A DNA stretch of 64,000 nt from Octopus vulgaris (Eukaryota). Where the stretch lies: contig OX597816.1 of assembly GCA_951406725.2 (NCBI GenBank), positions 159,154,001 through 159,218,000 of the forward strand. The letters run 5' to 3'. A program made the position numbers and the translations under genes. The notes below the pieces were generated by a model. That model was not told the origin of the DNA. It did no database searches and saw nothing but the letters and a program-made list of their open reading frames with translations. Below, piece after piece: positions 35,908 to 50,878 of the stretch (its first letter is position 1; the number at the start of each line of letters is the position of its first letter).

Positions 35908-37897
35908 GAATTTATGTATTATAATCCTGAGTGTTTATTATGGTCTATATGTGTGTATATTGCAGTCTTATATTAGTTATTATGGGCTTTTGTATTATTT
36001 TCTTTTTAGTTCTTTAGTTTGTTTGTCTCATTAAAGTTTCAAATTCACTCATCAATTTGGCTTTTTTTTTTTTACTTCATTTACATATGTTTTCTGTGTT
36101 CCTTATTGCTTCCATCATTATGTATTTGAGATGGAAAGTACAGCAAAATGCTAAAAGAAACACATCTCGGCACATGCGTGATTGTGTGATTAAGAAGGAA
36201 GCTTCTTAACCACACTTGGTTTCAAATTCAGTCCCTTTGCATGGCAAATTGATTAAATATCTTCTGTAGCTGTGTGCCAACTAAACCAAAATCTTGTGAA
36301 TAGATTTAATAGACAAACTGAAAGAAACGTGTGTGTATTCAAATTTATACTTCTCTGGAATTTGCTGGACTTCAAGAGGTGATTTAGTGTCGTTTCCCCT
36401 CCCAACAAATTATTTTCTGGTTTTGTACCTTCGGGGCCGTCTTAGGCTGGACGACTTGCTCAGTGCTTCAGTATTTTTCATCTAACTCATGGTAGCAATG
36501 AATAACTATATCAGTGACAAAAAAAAATCCCTGGTTGTTGAAATATAAATGTTTAACAGTCAAAACTTTAAATTGCGACAGTAACATCATCAGTCCCATT
36601 ACCCATTTCCTACAAATATAAAATAGTAACAACTCTGATCACTTTATCCAGGAAATTATACTAGGAATAAACTATATCGTTTTTGTATTTGGCTTGCAAG
36701 ATTGATGTGAACTTGTGTGCTGAAGCAGTTTTTTTTTCTTTTTGTTTTTTGCTTATAAGAATATATATATATGCCAATCATTTACGCGCGCAACTGTTCC
36801 TATATCCCTTTTATTGTTACTAGTTAATCATTTAACCAAAGTAACGAATAGAGTGTTTGATTAATAGTTTGGAATGTCAAGGATATTTATAGCGAATTTG
36901 GAAATTATACTATAAACAAACCTTGAAGAAAGTTGTTCCCCTTGCATATACTTTAATAATTTTTTGTTGACCGGTGGTTCTCAACTGAGGTCCATGTAAG
37001 ATTTTGTTAAAATTTGTATACAATAAATTGCTTATACAATACATAAAATATTCTAACGACTTTTTTATATACACAATTCCTAATAATATTTAATCATAAA
37101 AATACAATAGGATATTTTTTAAATATCGAATGATTCTGTGGATCCATCCTAGTAAAATAGGAATCGAAGAGATCCCAGCAATTTTGAGGTTATGGCATAA
37201 ACGGATAACAAACCAGCCCAGTATTTTACTGGTCCTTTATTCATCGAAAGTGTAGGGATGAAAAGTAAAGTTGAGCTCAGAATGGAAAGAGCTGGAACAA
37301 ATACTGCAAAGCAGTTTCTTTCCCCCCGACACTCTAACGATTCTGCTGACAACTCAGCTTTTTTATAAGATCTTTGTGAGTCAGCTCTTTTCGTAATGTT
37401 TCATGAAATATTTCCTGGAAATGAATGAAGGTAAGAATATACTATATCTCTTTTCCGTTTCTAAGTTTAGGTCACTTGTCTGATCAATCGCTTCTATTTT
37501 ACTCGTCTACAGAAGAGCAATATCCAGTCATTTGTTTAGGATAGACTTTCCTGGTAAGGGGAAGAAAGAAGTGAATTTAGTATGGGTAAAATTGGTTGAT
37601 TTGAATCATCCATTTAATGAGTTTCAGATTTGGCTCTGAATGAGAAAGATTAATATTTTTTTATGGAAGGCGCAGGTATAGCTGTGAAGTAAGTTTTCTT
37701 CCAGGTTGAATCCCACTGCTTGACAACTTTGGCTCACTCACCAACATAAATATTTCGTTTAAATTGACATCTTTTTTCTTATATCATAAAAATTAATCAG
37801 AGTTATCTACCTTGCACCGGTCTCGTTTTATTTATTATTTATTTACATCTACTGTGTCAATGCTACTTCTTGACCAGGATCCGCGAGTCTTAAATAT

Positions 37898-38119
37898 CTA
37901 TTTCTTTACTACCAACAATGGGCTAAACACAGAGGGGACAGACAGACGGATTAAGTCGATTATATCGACCCCAGTGCGTAACTGGTTTCTTCCAGGTCGA
38001 CCCCGAAAGGATGAAAGGCAAAGTCGACCTTGGCGGAATTTGAACTCAGAACGTAACGGCAGACGAAATACCGGTAAGCATTTCGCCTGGTGTGCTAACG
38101 TTTCTGCCAGCTCGCCGCC
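37898..38119 (-). mobile_element. SINE family A, full length
   Basis: Both head (CTGCCAGCTCGCCGCC on +) and tail (TATTTCTTTACTACC on +) present. Confidence 0.9.
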
Positions 38120-38424
38120 TTTTCACTATAGACCTTAATGGTCGTAAAGGCACTATATCTGTGGATAGACTAAAATAAGTCCATCATAGAGAAAACTGTT
38201 CCTGTTCCCACTGCAGACGAGACGGACACACGGCATTACAAACACGGTCCGCACACACACCTTCACATTTAATGTCCATTTTCTATACTGGCATAGGTTG
38301 GGCGGTTTGTCAGGATCTAGCAAACCACAAAAGTGCATCGAACTCCAGTGTCAGCCTTGGCATGGTTTATACGGCCGGATGCCTTTCCTGTTGCCAAACA
38401 CTTCATAGAGTGTACTGAGTGAAA

Positions 38425-38720
38425 GCTCGTGTCTTTGTGGTTAGAGTCTTTGGCTGACGATTGTAAGACCGTGATTTCGATCCCTGGCGGTACGTTGTGT
38501 CTTTGAGCAAGATACACGTTGCTCCAGACTGCTCGGCTTGCAAAAATGAGTTGTATTTCAAAGGGTCAGCCTAGTCACATTCTGTGTCGTCCTGAATCAT
38601 CCTGAGAAATATGTTAACAGTACTCGTATCTGTGGAGTACTCAGCCACTTGCACGTTAATTCCATGAGCTGGTTGTTCTGTTGACTGGAACATTCATCGC
38701 TGTAACCGACAGAGTGCCGG
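38425..38720 (+). mobile_element. SINE family C copy
   Basis: GTGGTTAGAG..GATTTCGATCCC..GTATTTCAAAGGGTCAGCC..GTAACCGACAGAGTGCC. Confidence 0.78.
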
Positions 38721-39169
38721 TTATTAGAGAATGGCAGGTGCTTCTTTTTTTTTTTTTTTTTTTTCCGTGCCACCGACACTTAAGCCTAAATAATCATTTC
38801 GACATGTTCGAGAGATATTTTATAGATAATTCACTTTTTAAACAAAAATTATCTGATTGTCTTTCATGAAACCGACTTACGTTATGAACAAGTTCCCGTA
38901 CGAGGAGTTTATTAGATCGTTTGCATATTTCTTGTTATCAATAAGGAAAATTAATTCTAACGTGAGTGAAGACTCACTTGAGACTGGCTTTGTGTCTGTT
39001 CTTTCAAAATTCAAAATACAAACCAAAGTTATGATACTCCCTGATGAAAAATATATCACATAGAGACATCTGTTTATAAATATACTTTCTACGGTACTAG
39101 GTTACTTTTCAAATTATTTTATACATATTTAGCATTGTAAATGTATTTTTTCAAAATTCTTACTATTTT

Positions 39170-40163
39170 AACAAGAGCACAAACCTCCGCCAAGCAATAC
39201 CAACGTCCTCTTAACGATTAGCCGGAAATTATTTTTAAAATGAGAATATCTGGAATAAACCCGATCGCTCTCAAAAATTAAGTTTTAAAAAAAAACGGAA
39301 AAATAATCCAGAATCCTTGTCCGGTACCTGATCGATAGACATGGAATGGTGCAAGTGGGTGTGCGGGTCGTGTTTGTAATGCCGTGTGTTCGTTTCGTCT
39401 ACAGTGGGAACAGAGACAGTTTTCTCTATGATGGCCTTTTTTAGTCTATCCACTGATATAGTGCCTTTATGACCATTAAGGTCTACAGTGAAAAATGTAT
39501 CCGTGCGTGAAAGAAAACGGAAAGGACCTGCATACGGTGCTGTTAACGGAGGTTTAACAACATCGCTGAGCACAAAAACCTGAGTCCAAGAAGTAAAGCT
39601 TCCTTCAAGGCAGAGCGAGAAATGCAATTGTCAAGTAGGTAAGAGGTTCTAATCAGGAGCGATATATTAAAAATTGGTAAAACTAAAAATTGTCGAGGAT
39701 AAATTAAATTTATTATTGTTACTGAATATGTGTTATTTAATTTCTGAATGGTTTTGCTGCCATTTGTTTATATAGTTTGATTTCTTTATCTATCAGTTTC
39801 TACTAAGATAGAGACACGAGTAAATTTAATAATAGAGAAATGAAAATAAAACTTTGGAAACAGCGAACCGCCATAATATTACGTGAAAACCATAAGCGTG
39901 CTTTCAAGGGAGATAATCGGAGAAACACTTGAAAGTCAACGTAAGATCGTAATACTTCATGTAAAATAAAGTAAATATAGCAAATAATCCAGAATACTTG
40001 TCCGGTACCAGATCGATCCCAAAATCTAATCAGTTCGTGCCAGTCACGAGGCCAAGCATCCCTGGAAGTTTCATCCGAATCCATCCAGCGGTTCTTGAGA
40101 TATCTTGTCTACGGACAAACACAACTGAAAATAGTGCCTCTGCCTTCGCTAAGGTGGAGGTAA
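39170..40163 (+). mobile_element. Helentron/HINE (DINE-1-like) non-autonomous element containing an internal insert
   Basis: Start AACAAGAGCACAAACCTCCGCC; end hairpin CCTCTGCCTT-CGCT-AAGGTGGAGG; subterminal CCTCCGCC/GGTGGAGG complementarity. Confidence 0.55.
39400..39627 (-). mobile_element. Ty3/Gypsy integrase C-terminal (GPY/F module) fragment
   Basis: VFV..D.VKPPLTAPYAGPFRFLSR..FTVDLNG..TISVDRLKKA. Confidence 0.8.
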
Positions 40164-42005
40164 TAATAAGAAAACCATATAATAATTAACATACACGCGT
40201 AGATCAGCCACCAAAGTAAATTTGTTCACGTAGACCACACGGAAAGTAGCACTAACACAAAATAAACTAAAAACCAACCTAAAGTAATCTCCCTTTAAAT
40301 TGTGGATCACACGGCAAAGTGACGCGTGTGAATTTAGAGCTGGTTTCTTGTAAAAATGTAACTGCCTTCTGGTTTCTTGTAAAAATGCAATTACCTTCGT
40401 CTCGTCGCTGATCACATTGTAAAAAATCTTTAGCCAACATCTTACAGGTTTTTAGAAATTGAAAAGTAAACTAAAAAGTAATCTCCCTTGTAGATCACAC
40501 GACAAAGTAGCACCCTTTTCACTATAGGCGCAAGGTCTGAAATTTTGCAGGTAGGGACTAGTCGACTGTATTGACTTCAGTGCTCGACTGATACTTATTT
40601 GATCGACCTCGTAAGGATGAAAGGCAAACTCTGATCGTAAACCCGGAAAAAATGCTGCCGAGCATTTTGTCCAACGTGCTAACGACTCTGCCAACACGTC
40701 GCCTTCATCTGTTTATAAATATAGCATGTCATTTAGCTTCGGATCAGCTCTGTTCAACTAGACGAATATTTAAAGGTATTTCTGTTGAGGAATAGGCCTT
40801 GGACCTTTTCTAAATAATACGCGAACTGAATGCCATGGTCTGCCATTGACCCATGAAAGCATGGAAAATGATGGTGGTGATGACGATGATGATGATGATG
40901 ATGATGATGATCAGTTGCTGTCTTTTGTTTTATCTATTGTTATCATTTTATAAATTTTCTTTTCTATTTTTATTTATTTATTTATTTTTGCTTACCTAAT
41001 ACGTTGATGGAAATGGTGGATACACGGGGAAACTTTTATATGTAGGATGTGCAATATACAGGCAGGCAGGGAATAAATGTGAAAAACAAAATCAAAAACT
41101 CAAAAGTGAGCCATTACAAAAAGAATTTGGCGATTATATTATTCAACGTGTTCTTCGTTTTATAAAAACAGTGCGTATGACTTGAGGAAATATTGACTGC
41201 TTTTTCTAGCAAGATGAGTTACTACATAGAGCAGGCGCATGGGTAACGTTTTTGCGAGAAACGGGCTGCATAAGACGTGGAGTAGAAAGTCCCGCAAGTT
41301 GGCCATGACTGACATAAAAGCACCTCCGTTGGTTTAAAATATAGTGTGTATCTAGATCCAATGAGGAAGAAGGTCAGATGGACAATACAGAGTCATTAGT
41401 AATTAGGAAATAAATTAACCATTCACCCAATAATTAATGTAAGGTAGACAACCTTCTACTATTATGTCAAGGTGACGAGAAAAAAAACTGTTTTGCGGTA
41501 TTTGTTGCGACTCTTTACGTTGTGATTTCAAACCCCGCCTAAGTTACTTTGCCGTTCATCCCTCCGGGGTCGGTATAGTAATATAAAGCACCAATCTAAG
41601 TACTAGTGTTGATGGTATCGACTAATCCCGCCCTTCAGAATTGCTAGCCTTGTGCCTAAATCAGAAACTATTAAAAGCTGCGAGTTGGCAGGATCGTTAG
41701 ATTGTCAGATGAAATACCGTGCAGCATTTTTCTTGTTTCTTCTTGTTTTGAGTTCAATTCTCACCGGAGTCAACTTTGCCTTTCATCCCACCGAGATCGA
41801 TGATATCAACTAACCCCGCTCTCCTCGGAATTAACGGCTTGTGTTTATATTTGAAATAATTTTTATAAAAAGCTCTCCACAACTTTCGTTCTTTTAAGGT
41901 GAAGGGATATGAAATTAATGGTGTAGCATAGCCACGGGTGAAATTCCTCTCACCCATTTATTATATATACGTGCATTCCAACGTAGCAAGAAACAGCTAG
42001 CCTTT

Positions 42006-42424
42006 TCTAAGGTGGCGAGCTGGCAGAATCGTTAATACGCCGGACGAAATGTTCAGCGGTATTTCGTCTGCCGTTATGTTCTGAGTTCAAATTCCGCCGA
42101 GGTCGACTTTGCCTTTCATCCTTTCGGGGTCGATTAAATAAGTACCAGTTACGCACTGGGGTCGATATAATCGACTTAATCCGTTTGTCTGTCCTTGCTT
42201 GTCCTCTCTGTGTTTAGCCCCTTGTGGGCAATAAAGAAATATGTATTTCGTCTGCCGCTACGTTCTGAGTTCAAATACTGCCGAGGTCGACTGTGACATT
42301 CATCCTTTCAGGGTCGATAAATTAAGTACCAATTATGCACTGGGGTCGATGTAATCGACTTAATCCCTTTGTCTGTCCTTGTTTGTCCCCTCTATGTTTA
42401 GCTCCTTGTGGGCAATAAAGAAAT
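42006..42424 (+). mobile_element. Dimeric SINE family A with 18-bp TSD
   Basis: TSD AAGAAACAGCTAGCCTTT (41988-42005 / 42425-42442); the 3' ~180 nt are present twice. Confidence 0.93.
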
Positions 42425-43210
42425 AAGAAACAGCTAGCCTTTGGCCGCTATTTGGATCACGTTGTGTCCACTATTCTGATTGGTTGGCATTGGCGCAATT
42501 TGTTCCCTACTCGGTTGTGCCAACTTGCTGCGGACAACTAGTCAGAGGCACTAATTAGGATCACGTGGAACAACCTGTTTACTACTCTGTTTTAACCTAG
42601 TTCCTTATAAAAACTCAGCTTTTCTTCGCTTCGGGTCTTTGTTTCTAGACATTATAGGTCTAGCCACCGAAGGCGAAGACACAGCCAGTTCCAGCGACAA
42701 CACTATTACCAAAGTAGCTACGTTGAGACTTACCAACTTCGTCACCATGATATTCAACAGTATTGCAGCAACCTCCTTCTTCGTCGCCACTATCATGTCC
42801 TTCTTAATGTCGTCAACATTATCTCTCTACGTACACAGCTTAGCAAGAAATTCACCCAGGTTCCAACAGTTCACTGTTCGTGAAGTATTTCACAGCGAAT
42901 ATACAACCTGCATTAACTGTACCAAGTGACCCAGGCAGCAGCATCACAGCCACTTCACGTACTACATGTACCTGTAACCGGCTCAGCATTATAGCCATGA
43001 CTCCTTGATACAGTATTTCAACTACCGTGTACGATTGATTACGAACTGGTATTATTATCTTTCTTGTGGCTATGAACTTACGTCTCACTTCGATGGCTCA
43101 TGGACACCTTCACTCTCTTCTTTTTATTGCCATCCTTATCTGTACTTAACACGCATACATCTATGCATACACACACACATACATTTTGTTCTTATCAATT
43201 TATCAATTTA

Positions 43211-43598
43211 CTGGCAGTATCGCCCGGCGTTGCTCGGGTTTGTTTCGACCCTTTAGAATTGTAATTTTTGAAAAGTAAAAATTTTGCATTATGTAGCTTG
43301 TTATTCTCTTTAAGTGAACATTTTTCTGGTTGAAATACACCGAAAAATGGCGACAGAGCAGTCAAAAAATCGTAAAAAATAGGGATTTTCATAGAAAAAA
43401 AAGCACCTTTTTTATGTAAATAATTTTTGGTGTTAACATGGTCCGATTTGAATTTTTTCTTCTACAGAAGGAAGAGCAAGCCTTCTTCTATCATACTCTC
43501 AATTTTGGTCAACTTGTGCCGCAGGGTCTCGGAAGAGATAATGTTAGTTGAAGGCTACCAAACCTGCCATACACAGACTTTAGCTTTATATAGAGAGA
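43211..43598 (-). mobile_element. Non-autonomous Helitron
   Basis: Minus strand starts TCTCTCTATATAAAGCT and ends CCCGAGCAACGCCGGGCGATACTGCCAG|T; termini match 9242-9549. Confidence 0.82.
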
Positions 43599-45290
43599 AA
43601 TTTTGTATACATGACACGCACACAGACACACGTTATCATATCAATAACTGTTATCTTAATCATTCTTACGCGGTTGTGTCTCTTTCCATCTAGCATTTAC
43701 TTGTTCTATTTAATTTCTCTTTTGTAACGGCTGTGTGATGTGGTACAAAAGAGCCATTCTCGTTATCTCATATCACATGGTCCTTACAATGGGTTTGCTT
43801 CTAATTCCAGGCTACCAAAAATGTAATTAGGATGCGTATTGTCCCAACAGCTTTAAATACACACCGATAACACTCTGTATACATATATATTCATTCACAG
43901 TTATTATTAATTCATTAACGACAATTCTTGTCACGGAAGACAAGGAAAAGAATTTAGGAATTTGAATTTATAAAATGAACACTGTGCCACTAGAACAAAC
44001 GATAAATAAAATAAGTACATGTGACCTGAATAAATCTAAGAACTGATGTTTAGAATAGAAGTCACTTTTCTTCATTAACATATTTTATGAATTTTTAATA
44101 AGTAGCGCAAATAGTAGTTGTTTCGTTTCAGATCAGTCCTGATCGCGAAGGTCTTTGATCAAAGCAGTTCGTGAAAGTCGAGCAACTTTGTAGAGGCTCA
44201 TTTGGACAGCGCAGTTCATGATATACAAAATACGAGATGATCACGGCTAAAGCATCTTTGAACATAAACAGCCCAGGATGGGGCAAAAAAATACAATAAT
44301 GTAATTCCCAGTATGTCATGTGTGCGAGTCGGGGTTTCATTTCCTAATCGAAGCTACCAACACTTACGTAGCGAAGACATAGAACATTTAGAAGCAACAA
44401 AAATACTTTGCACAGCAATAATAATCAAGAGGATGTTATCTGTTTTCCTATGGAACATTTAACATGCAGTCATTCAGCTTATCAGAAATGGCTTTGTAGT
44501 GAAGAAGTTCGTTTCGGGTTCAATTCCTTTGGACAGGTGTTTCTACATAGCTCGGAGCTGACCAATAAGTCATGAGTGAATTTGGTTGACAGAAACTGTA
44601 ACGAATTCCATGTGTTTGTATGTTCGTATTTTTCTTCGTCAATGAATGTGTTCGCTGATTGTAAACAAAGACCTATCTATTCAAACAGACGGTGACCTTT
44701 GCAAGAATTTCACCTCAAAAATATATCCGGGCTCTTTGACATATTGCGCAATCATTGTAAACAAAAGGCTCATTCAAACGGCATTAGCTGCAATTCTCTG
44801 CGTAGCGATACCTGGACTGTCCACTGTTTAACAGAAAGGAGTGAATTATTTAATTGTTTGAGAGTTGACATCAGGAGGGGCATCTGGCCGTAAAAGACTC
44901 TACTCCAGTGCATTCTTGTTTGACGCATGCAAACATGGAAAAGAGGTTGTTAAATCGATAAGGGTGACGTCTCTACCCCGACAAACGTATAAAGAAAAAT
45001 TGGATAGCAACGTCTTTACTATCATTTTTACCTTCAACGCAACAATCTCCCTTACCATCTCTATGGATCTTCCTCGCACCAACGTAAGGATTAACTTTGA
45101 CTCTTAACGAACCAACAAAAATTTATGTTGGAAACGTGAATAGTCTAATTGGTAAAGTACTCGGCTACTAACTGAAAGATCTGCAGTTCATTTCTTGTGA
45201 CTTTCACTGCATTGTCTTTCCTAAAGACATTTCATTTTCAACCGCCAAGTATTATTCAACAAGTAGTTTTTCAACAGCCGAGTATTATAT

Positions 45291-45355
45291 TAGGTTGTCC
45301 GGAAAGTTCGTGCCGATTTATAGTAGCTTACCTTTCGGCTTATTTTAGAACATAT
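45291..45355. mobile_element. Solo terminal fragment of the mariner at 20654-21217
   Basis: TAGGTTGTCCGGAAAGTTCGTGCCGATTTATAGTAGCTTA is the reverse complement of ~21177-21217. Confidence 0.85.
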
Positions 45356-45418
45356 TGTTTATTCTTGGTTTCTTATTATTATTTACTAAGACATCAATGA
45401 AACATGGCTTTATTATTA

Positions 45419-45941
45419 CCGTAAATCTGATTGGTTGGTATTGGCGCAATATGTCTCCTATTCGGTTGTGCCAACTTGCCGCGGACAACCGCATTTTCCC
45501 CAAAATTTAAAGGTCAAAATCCCTAGTGCGTTTTATACACGAGGTTAAATTGAAAATTATTTTCTAAGCAATGTTCGAGTCTCTATTTGCTGTCCGGCAA
45601 TGTTTATTCAGACGCATTTTGTGATGTCGGGCGCGAAAATACCTTAGATCATCCATAACTTGCAGTAAGCAACATTTATTAAGCGTTATTACTGTTATTT
45701 ATTTTCTGCAAACAAAATGCACAAAAATGCTACACGTTTGCATTATGTTATATATACAATAATAATAAAGTACGTTACCGTATACATTTTTTCAAATCAA
45801 GGACGTTATATAGACCTCCTTGACTCAAGTTAGAGAAGGGGTGCGTATTATACACAAGGTTTAGGTTTTTTCAGAGGTACAGCCCCCTAAAAATCCCCTG
45901 CGTATTATACTCAAGGGCAGACTATACTCGAGGATTTACGG
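45419..45941. mobile_element. pogo/Tc1-type MITE
   Basis: TA|CCGTAAATC ... GATTTACGG|TA; internal repeated GCGTATTATAC motifs. Confidence 0.7.
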
Positions 45942-46249
45942 TATTAAAATAGTAAGAATTTAAACAATATATTTACAATGCTAAGTTTGTACAAAAGAAT
46001 TTATAAAGAAATCTAGAAATTGAAAAGTAAACTAAAAAGTTATCTCAAGTAATCTCCCTTTAAATTGTAGATCACACGCCAAAGTAGCACCAATAGTTTT
46101 TCCTATTATAATTTTATTTTCTCTGGCAGAAATGGTCTAAAGAAGATAATCATACTCTTTCCATAAGTAGCACAGCTATGTAAGTGAAGCATATATGCCT
46201 TGACTATGCTTCAAAACCAGGTTGTGATTTCGACATTGTCAAGAGTCTT

Positions 46250-46922
<673 letters not shown>

Positions 46923-47246
46923 ATTTTTATATGTTAATGGCGCTCAACAAAAGGAGAGTAAAAGTCGTTCTTTTCCTTCCAGCTTCGATAATTTCTCCTA
47001 CTTGCAGCAAAGATGAAAGTTAATTTTTCAAATATCAGTGATTTTATCTTGAGATGAAAAAAATAGCTTTGATGATGCTTTTTTTCACTTTAAATAACAA
47101 GTTATTTCAGGATTCTCTTGGTAGTGAACCGTAAGAGATTAAACTGGTCTCTTGCTATTTTAGGTTAGATGAGAAAGAATATTAATGTTTTCGTTAATTA
47201 TAACATTTAAGATAAGACCTGTTTGTGTGTGAGAGAGGAAGGTGGG

Positions 47247-47293
<47 letters not shown>

Positions 47294-50200
47294 GTTTTAA
47301 CATCAGTCTTTATACATTATTCCACGGAAGATATGGACGTGTGGTCTGCTCTGATCATAAATAGCCACAAAAGCAGAGAATGACGATGAATTTATTAAAA
47401 AATCTCAGTGTAAGAGAACATTGGGATACCTGTTTATAAATGTAGCATGATTCAGTAAACCTAAGATAGCAGCCGGAGAGAGGGACAGAGAGGGAGAGAG
47501 AGAGAGAGAGAGAGAAAGAAAGAGAGTGAGAGAAAGAAAGAGAGAGAGAGTGAGAGAAAGAAAGAGAGAGTGAGAGAAAGAAAGAGAGAGAGAGTGTCTG
47601 TGTGTGTCTGTGTGTGTACTAAAACGTGATAGATTCTATAATTCACCTCAGTATCTACGGTCAGCTAAAATAGTTGATTCCTTCCGTTCGCAATATTGTC
47701 TTTATATTCTGACAGAAGAAGGCAATAACAAACAAACGTAAGGATACAGCCAAAGAAAACGGCAAATAAGTGTATATAAGTAAAAAAGTATACTGGGTTA
47801 TGTCCATGTTTAATAAACATATACTTCGTCTCACTGCCAAATTAGACCTCGTGTTTAAATCGCGAGGCTTTCAGCAGCTTGGAATGAATATCGAACTATC
47901 TAGTTTCATCTTTCTTAAAGCTCATCAGCGATCGCTTACCTTTGCTTTCCAAAATGCTGGCAGAAAGTGCCGATGAACTGGTTACTAAATATATAAACAA
48001 TATTATGAATTGCATGACTGATTTATATGGTGGTACTTTGATAACTAGAGTACCAAATACAGCGTGGGTTATGAATTCATATGAAGTCGTGTATTGATGT
48101 GGTTAATAAGTATGGTGTTCAATACCTGAATATAGGTATGTGGGTGAGCATCTCTTAAAGAACTGAGATTATTTCAAATTGAAGCAATTTCACATAATCC
48201 GTTCAAATAAACGTGAAAGGTATGAACGTCATAGCAGTGACTTCTTTTAACATCCCCATCCAATGAAACCAAAAGGGTTGTTGGTGATTTAGCAATAATA
48301 CAGCAGCTACACCTTGGCTCACGTCTTTTAACAGCACCAGATAATACAGCCACGCTTGAACACCAACCAAACTCATTATTAAATTGTAACAGGATGAAAG
48401 GTCTGTAACACTGGTGCATCCCTTACATTAAATTATTTGTCGAAGGAAAAGCACATGCGGGCTGAAGACCTCCAAAATGGCATCACTACAAAATATTTCC
48501 ATGTTCAGCCACTCAAAAACTGCACAAGGAAGAGAGGGATTTAAAATACAAGTTTTATGTTTTCTACTCCCACCATTTCCTTGACTCATTCCTTCTATCA
48601 AACGCTCGAAACATAATAGGGATAATCTAAAAGCTCATAAAGTTTCAGGGCCTAAAACATCTAATTGTGATGAGTATTTCTTAAGCATTCGGCCATGCCA
48701 CGAAATAGACTTCAACCGGAATCGGAAACGTTGTTACAGTCTCCGTTGTCCCGGTGAAAGGTGTCAAATACTTTGTATGGTACGAAACAGAAAACGGAAT
48801 GCTGTGATTTTCATGACTTTCCAAAATGCATTTTTAGCATATTTGATGTGAATTGAATTTATTTGTAATTCAAAACGGCATTGCAGTCGTGGTGATCAGA
48901 AGTTTAACCTTAAATCAGACATTGTCCTTAGCTAATAAAATATAACCAGTAACTCCGGTAACTGAGCAGTCCAATCTGAGCGATGCTTTTATAGCGACAG
49001 CACATTTGGGTTGTTTTATAAGCCTATATCTGGGTGGGGAGGGCAAGGGCAGGAGTGAGATAGGGGTTGAAACAAACCCATTGGCTGCCTCGGGTGGCAC
49101 ACACTATAGCAACACAACTGAATAAATCCCGAGGAAATTTCACCTCTTATAAATGTCCTTATATCAGGTATATGCAAATGAGGCGTTTGTTTCTTAAAAT
49201 AGCAATTTATGTATCATACTTAATGCATATACACAGTTGATAGACCAGTTACTGCAGTATTTGTCTTGAGATCTTATAGTGATGCAGCGTTAAAAAACAA
49301 TAAGTATAAGAGGAAGACGAAAATTTATCCCAGCATCGGTCAGGAAGAGAACCAGGTACACTTCAGCACTTTTGGACCTTTTCGAATTTTGTCTTCCTCT
49401 GACATTTACTGTATTTTTGACATAATACGTCCATACGGGATCTTACATCAGAGCAAATACTGAGGTAGCCGGCCTATCAGCGGTGTGTATACATTAAATA
49501 TGATACGTGGATGGCTTTCCTGTTTGTGGATGTTCACAGCATTGTATTATTATGATAAAAATTCCGATTATGTCTTTGATTTTCTTCCGTAGCAAAGATT
49601 GTTAAAATTGCAACACTTTTTTTTTCTGCTGAGGGAAGAGCGAATCCCATGCAAGCCCTCTCTGGGTCAATGAGCTTGATATTGTTAATGCTGTGTTTAA
49701 AATTTCAGGTCAACATCGACAAAAAAAAACATGAAAGAAAATTCCAAGGGGACGATTTCCTGGTGTTCTGTAAAAGGAGAATGAGCAAAAGTAATCGGTA
49801 CGATACAAAGGCTGGGGGTGTTGGACGGGACAAGGGTGACGAGAGATGGAAAGACGTGTGGGTCAGAAAACGTGAGCGGTGGAGATACGTGACCAGCCAG
49901 CTCTAAAGGAACAAAAGCCATTATAGCAGCGATAAAAAAATATTTAAAAAAAACAATGAAGACTTGTTTCACTGTGTAAAAAATTTCAATTTTGTCTCTA
50001 ATGTCATTTCATAGTTAAGTTTGCGTAACACTCGAACAAATGCAGTGACAGGCCGAATAATATCGTAGATGATTATTCATGTTGGCTCTTTAGGACAAAA
50101 TTGAACTGAAGGAAATTGATCCATATATTATTATTATTATTGTTGTTGTTGTTGTTGTCTTTGCACAGCTTCTAACGCTGGAGATGTACTACGGTGTCAG

Positions 50201-50297
50201 CTGTTCAGTACTAGTGAACTAAGGTAACACCCCTTATTATTATTATTATTAATATTATCATCATCATCATCATTTATTCACTTAAACCTCTCCCGAT

Positions 50298-50790
50298 TTA
50301 TCTATGTCTATATCTCATCTCAGCTCCATCCTGCAGCAACACTTTCCTCAACACATGAGTTGTTCCATATATTGCGGCCATCTGAACACTTCCTAAAAAG
50401 TTTGGTATTTGCTGCTTTTGATGCCAGAGTATTTCTCTCTTTGAGATGGTCCCAAATGCACCGATCACAACAGGTACCACATTCACTTTTGAGGCGCTAT
50501 AGATTCTTTTCACTTCCAATTCTAGGTCTTGGTGCTTCTCGACTTTTCCATCCTCTGTCATAACAGGTTTTTGGTCCGCATGTATAGCTACGTCGATGCA
50601 GGTCCATTCTGTGGACTCCTTCCGTAAGAGAGGATCGGTTATGTTGCAGCTTCTTGTCTTTGTATATTGGTATATCCCAAGTGAGTTTCACCTGATCATT
50701 CTCTGCTACTGGCGAAGGTTGGTGCTCATACCACTTTCTGGGACATTCCAGCCCATTCTCCTTGCACAATTCCCAGTGTTACTTTATCAT
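50298..50790 (-). mobile_element. R4/Dong-like restriction-like endonuclease region and 3' end
   Basis: KWYEHQP..ENDQVKLTWD..HNR..; EKHQDLELEVKR..VVPVVIGAFGTI..AIYGTTHVLRKVL. Confidence 0.88.
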
Positions 50791-50878
50791 GGCATTTTTT
50801 TTTTTTTACTCCAATTGGGTTAGTTTTGAGCAACAACTAATTATATGTTTGACTGTGATTATTATTATCAGTATTATC

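Noticed and set aside
42605-43256. Cluster of short Ser/Thr-rich ORFs after a TATA-like motif
   Set aside because: No recognisable domain or consistent splice structure; cannot be supported as a gene.
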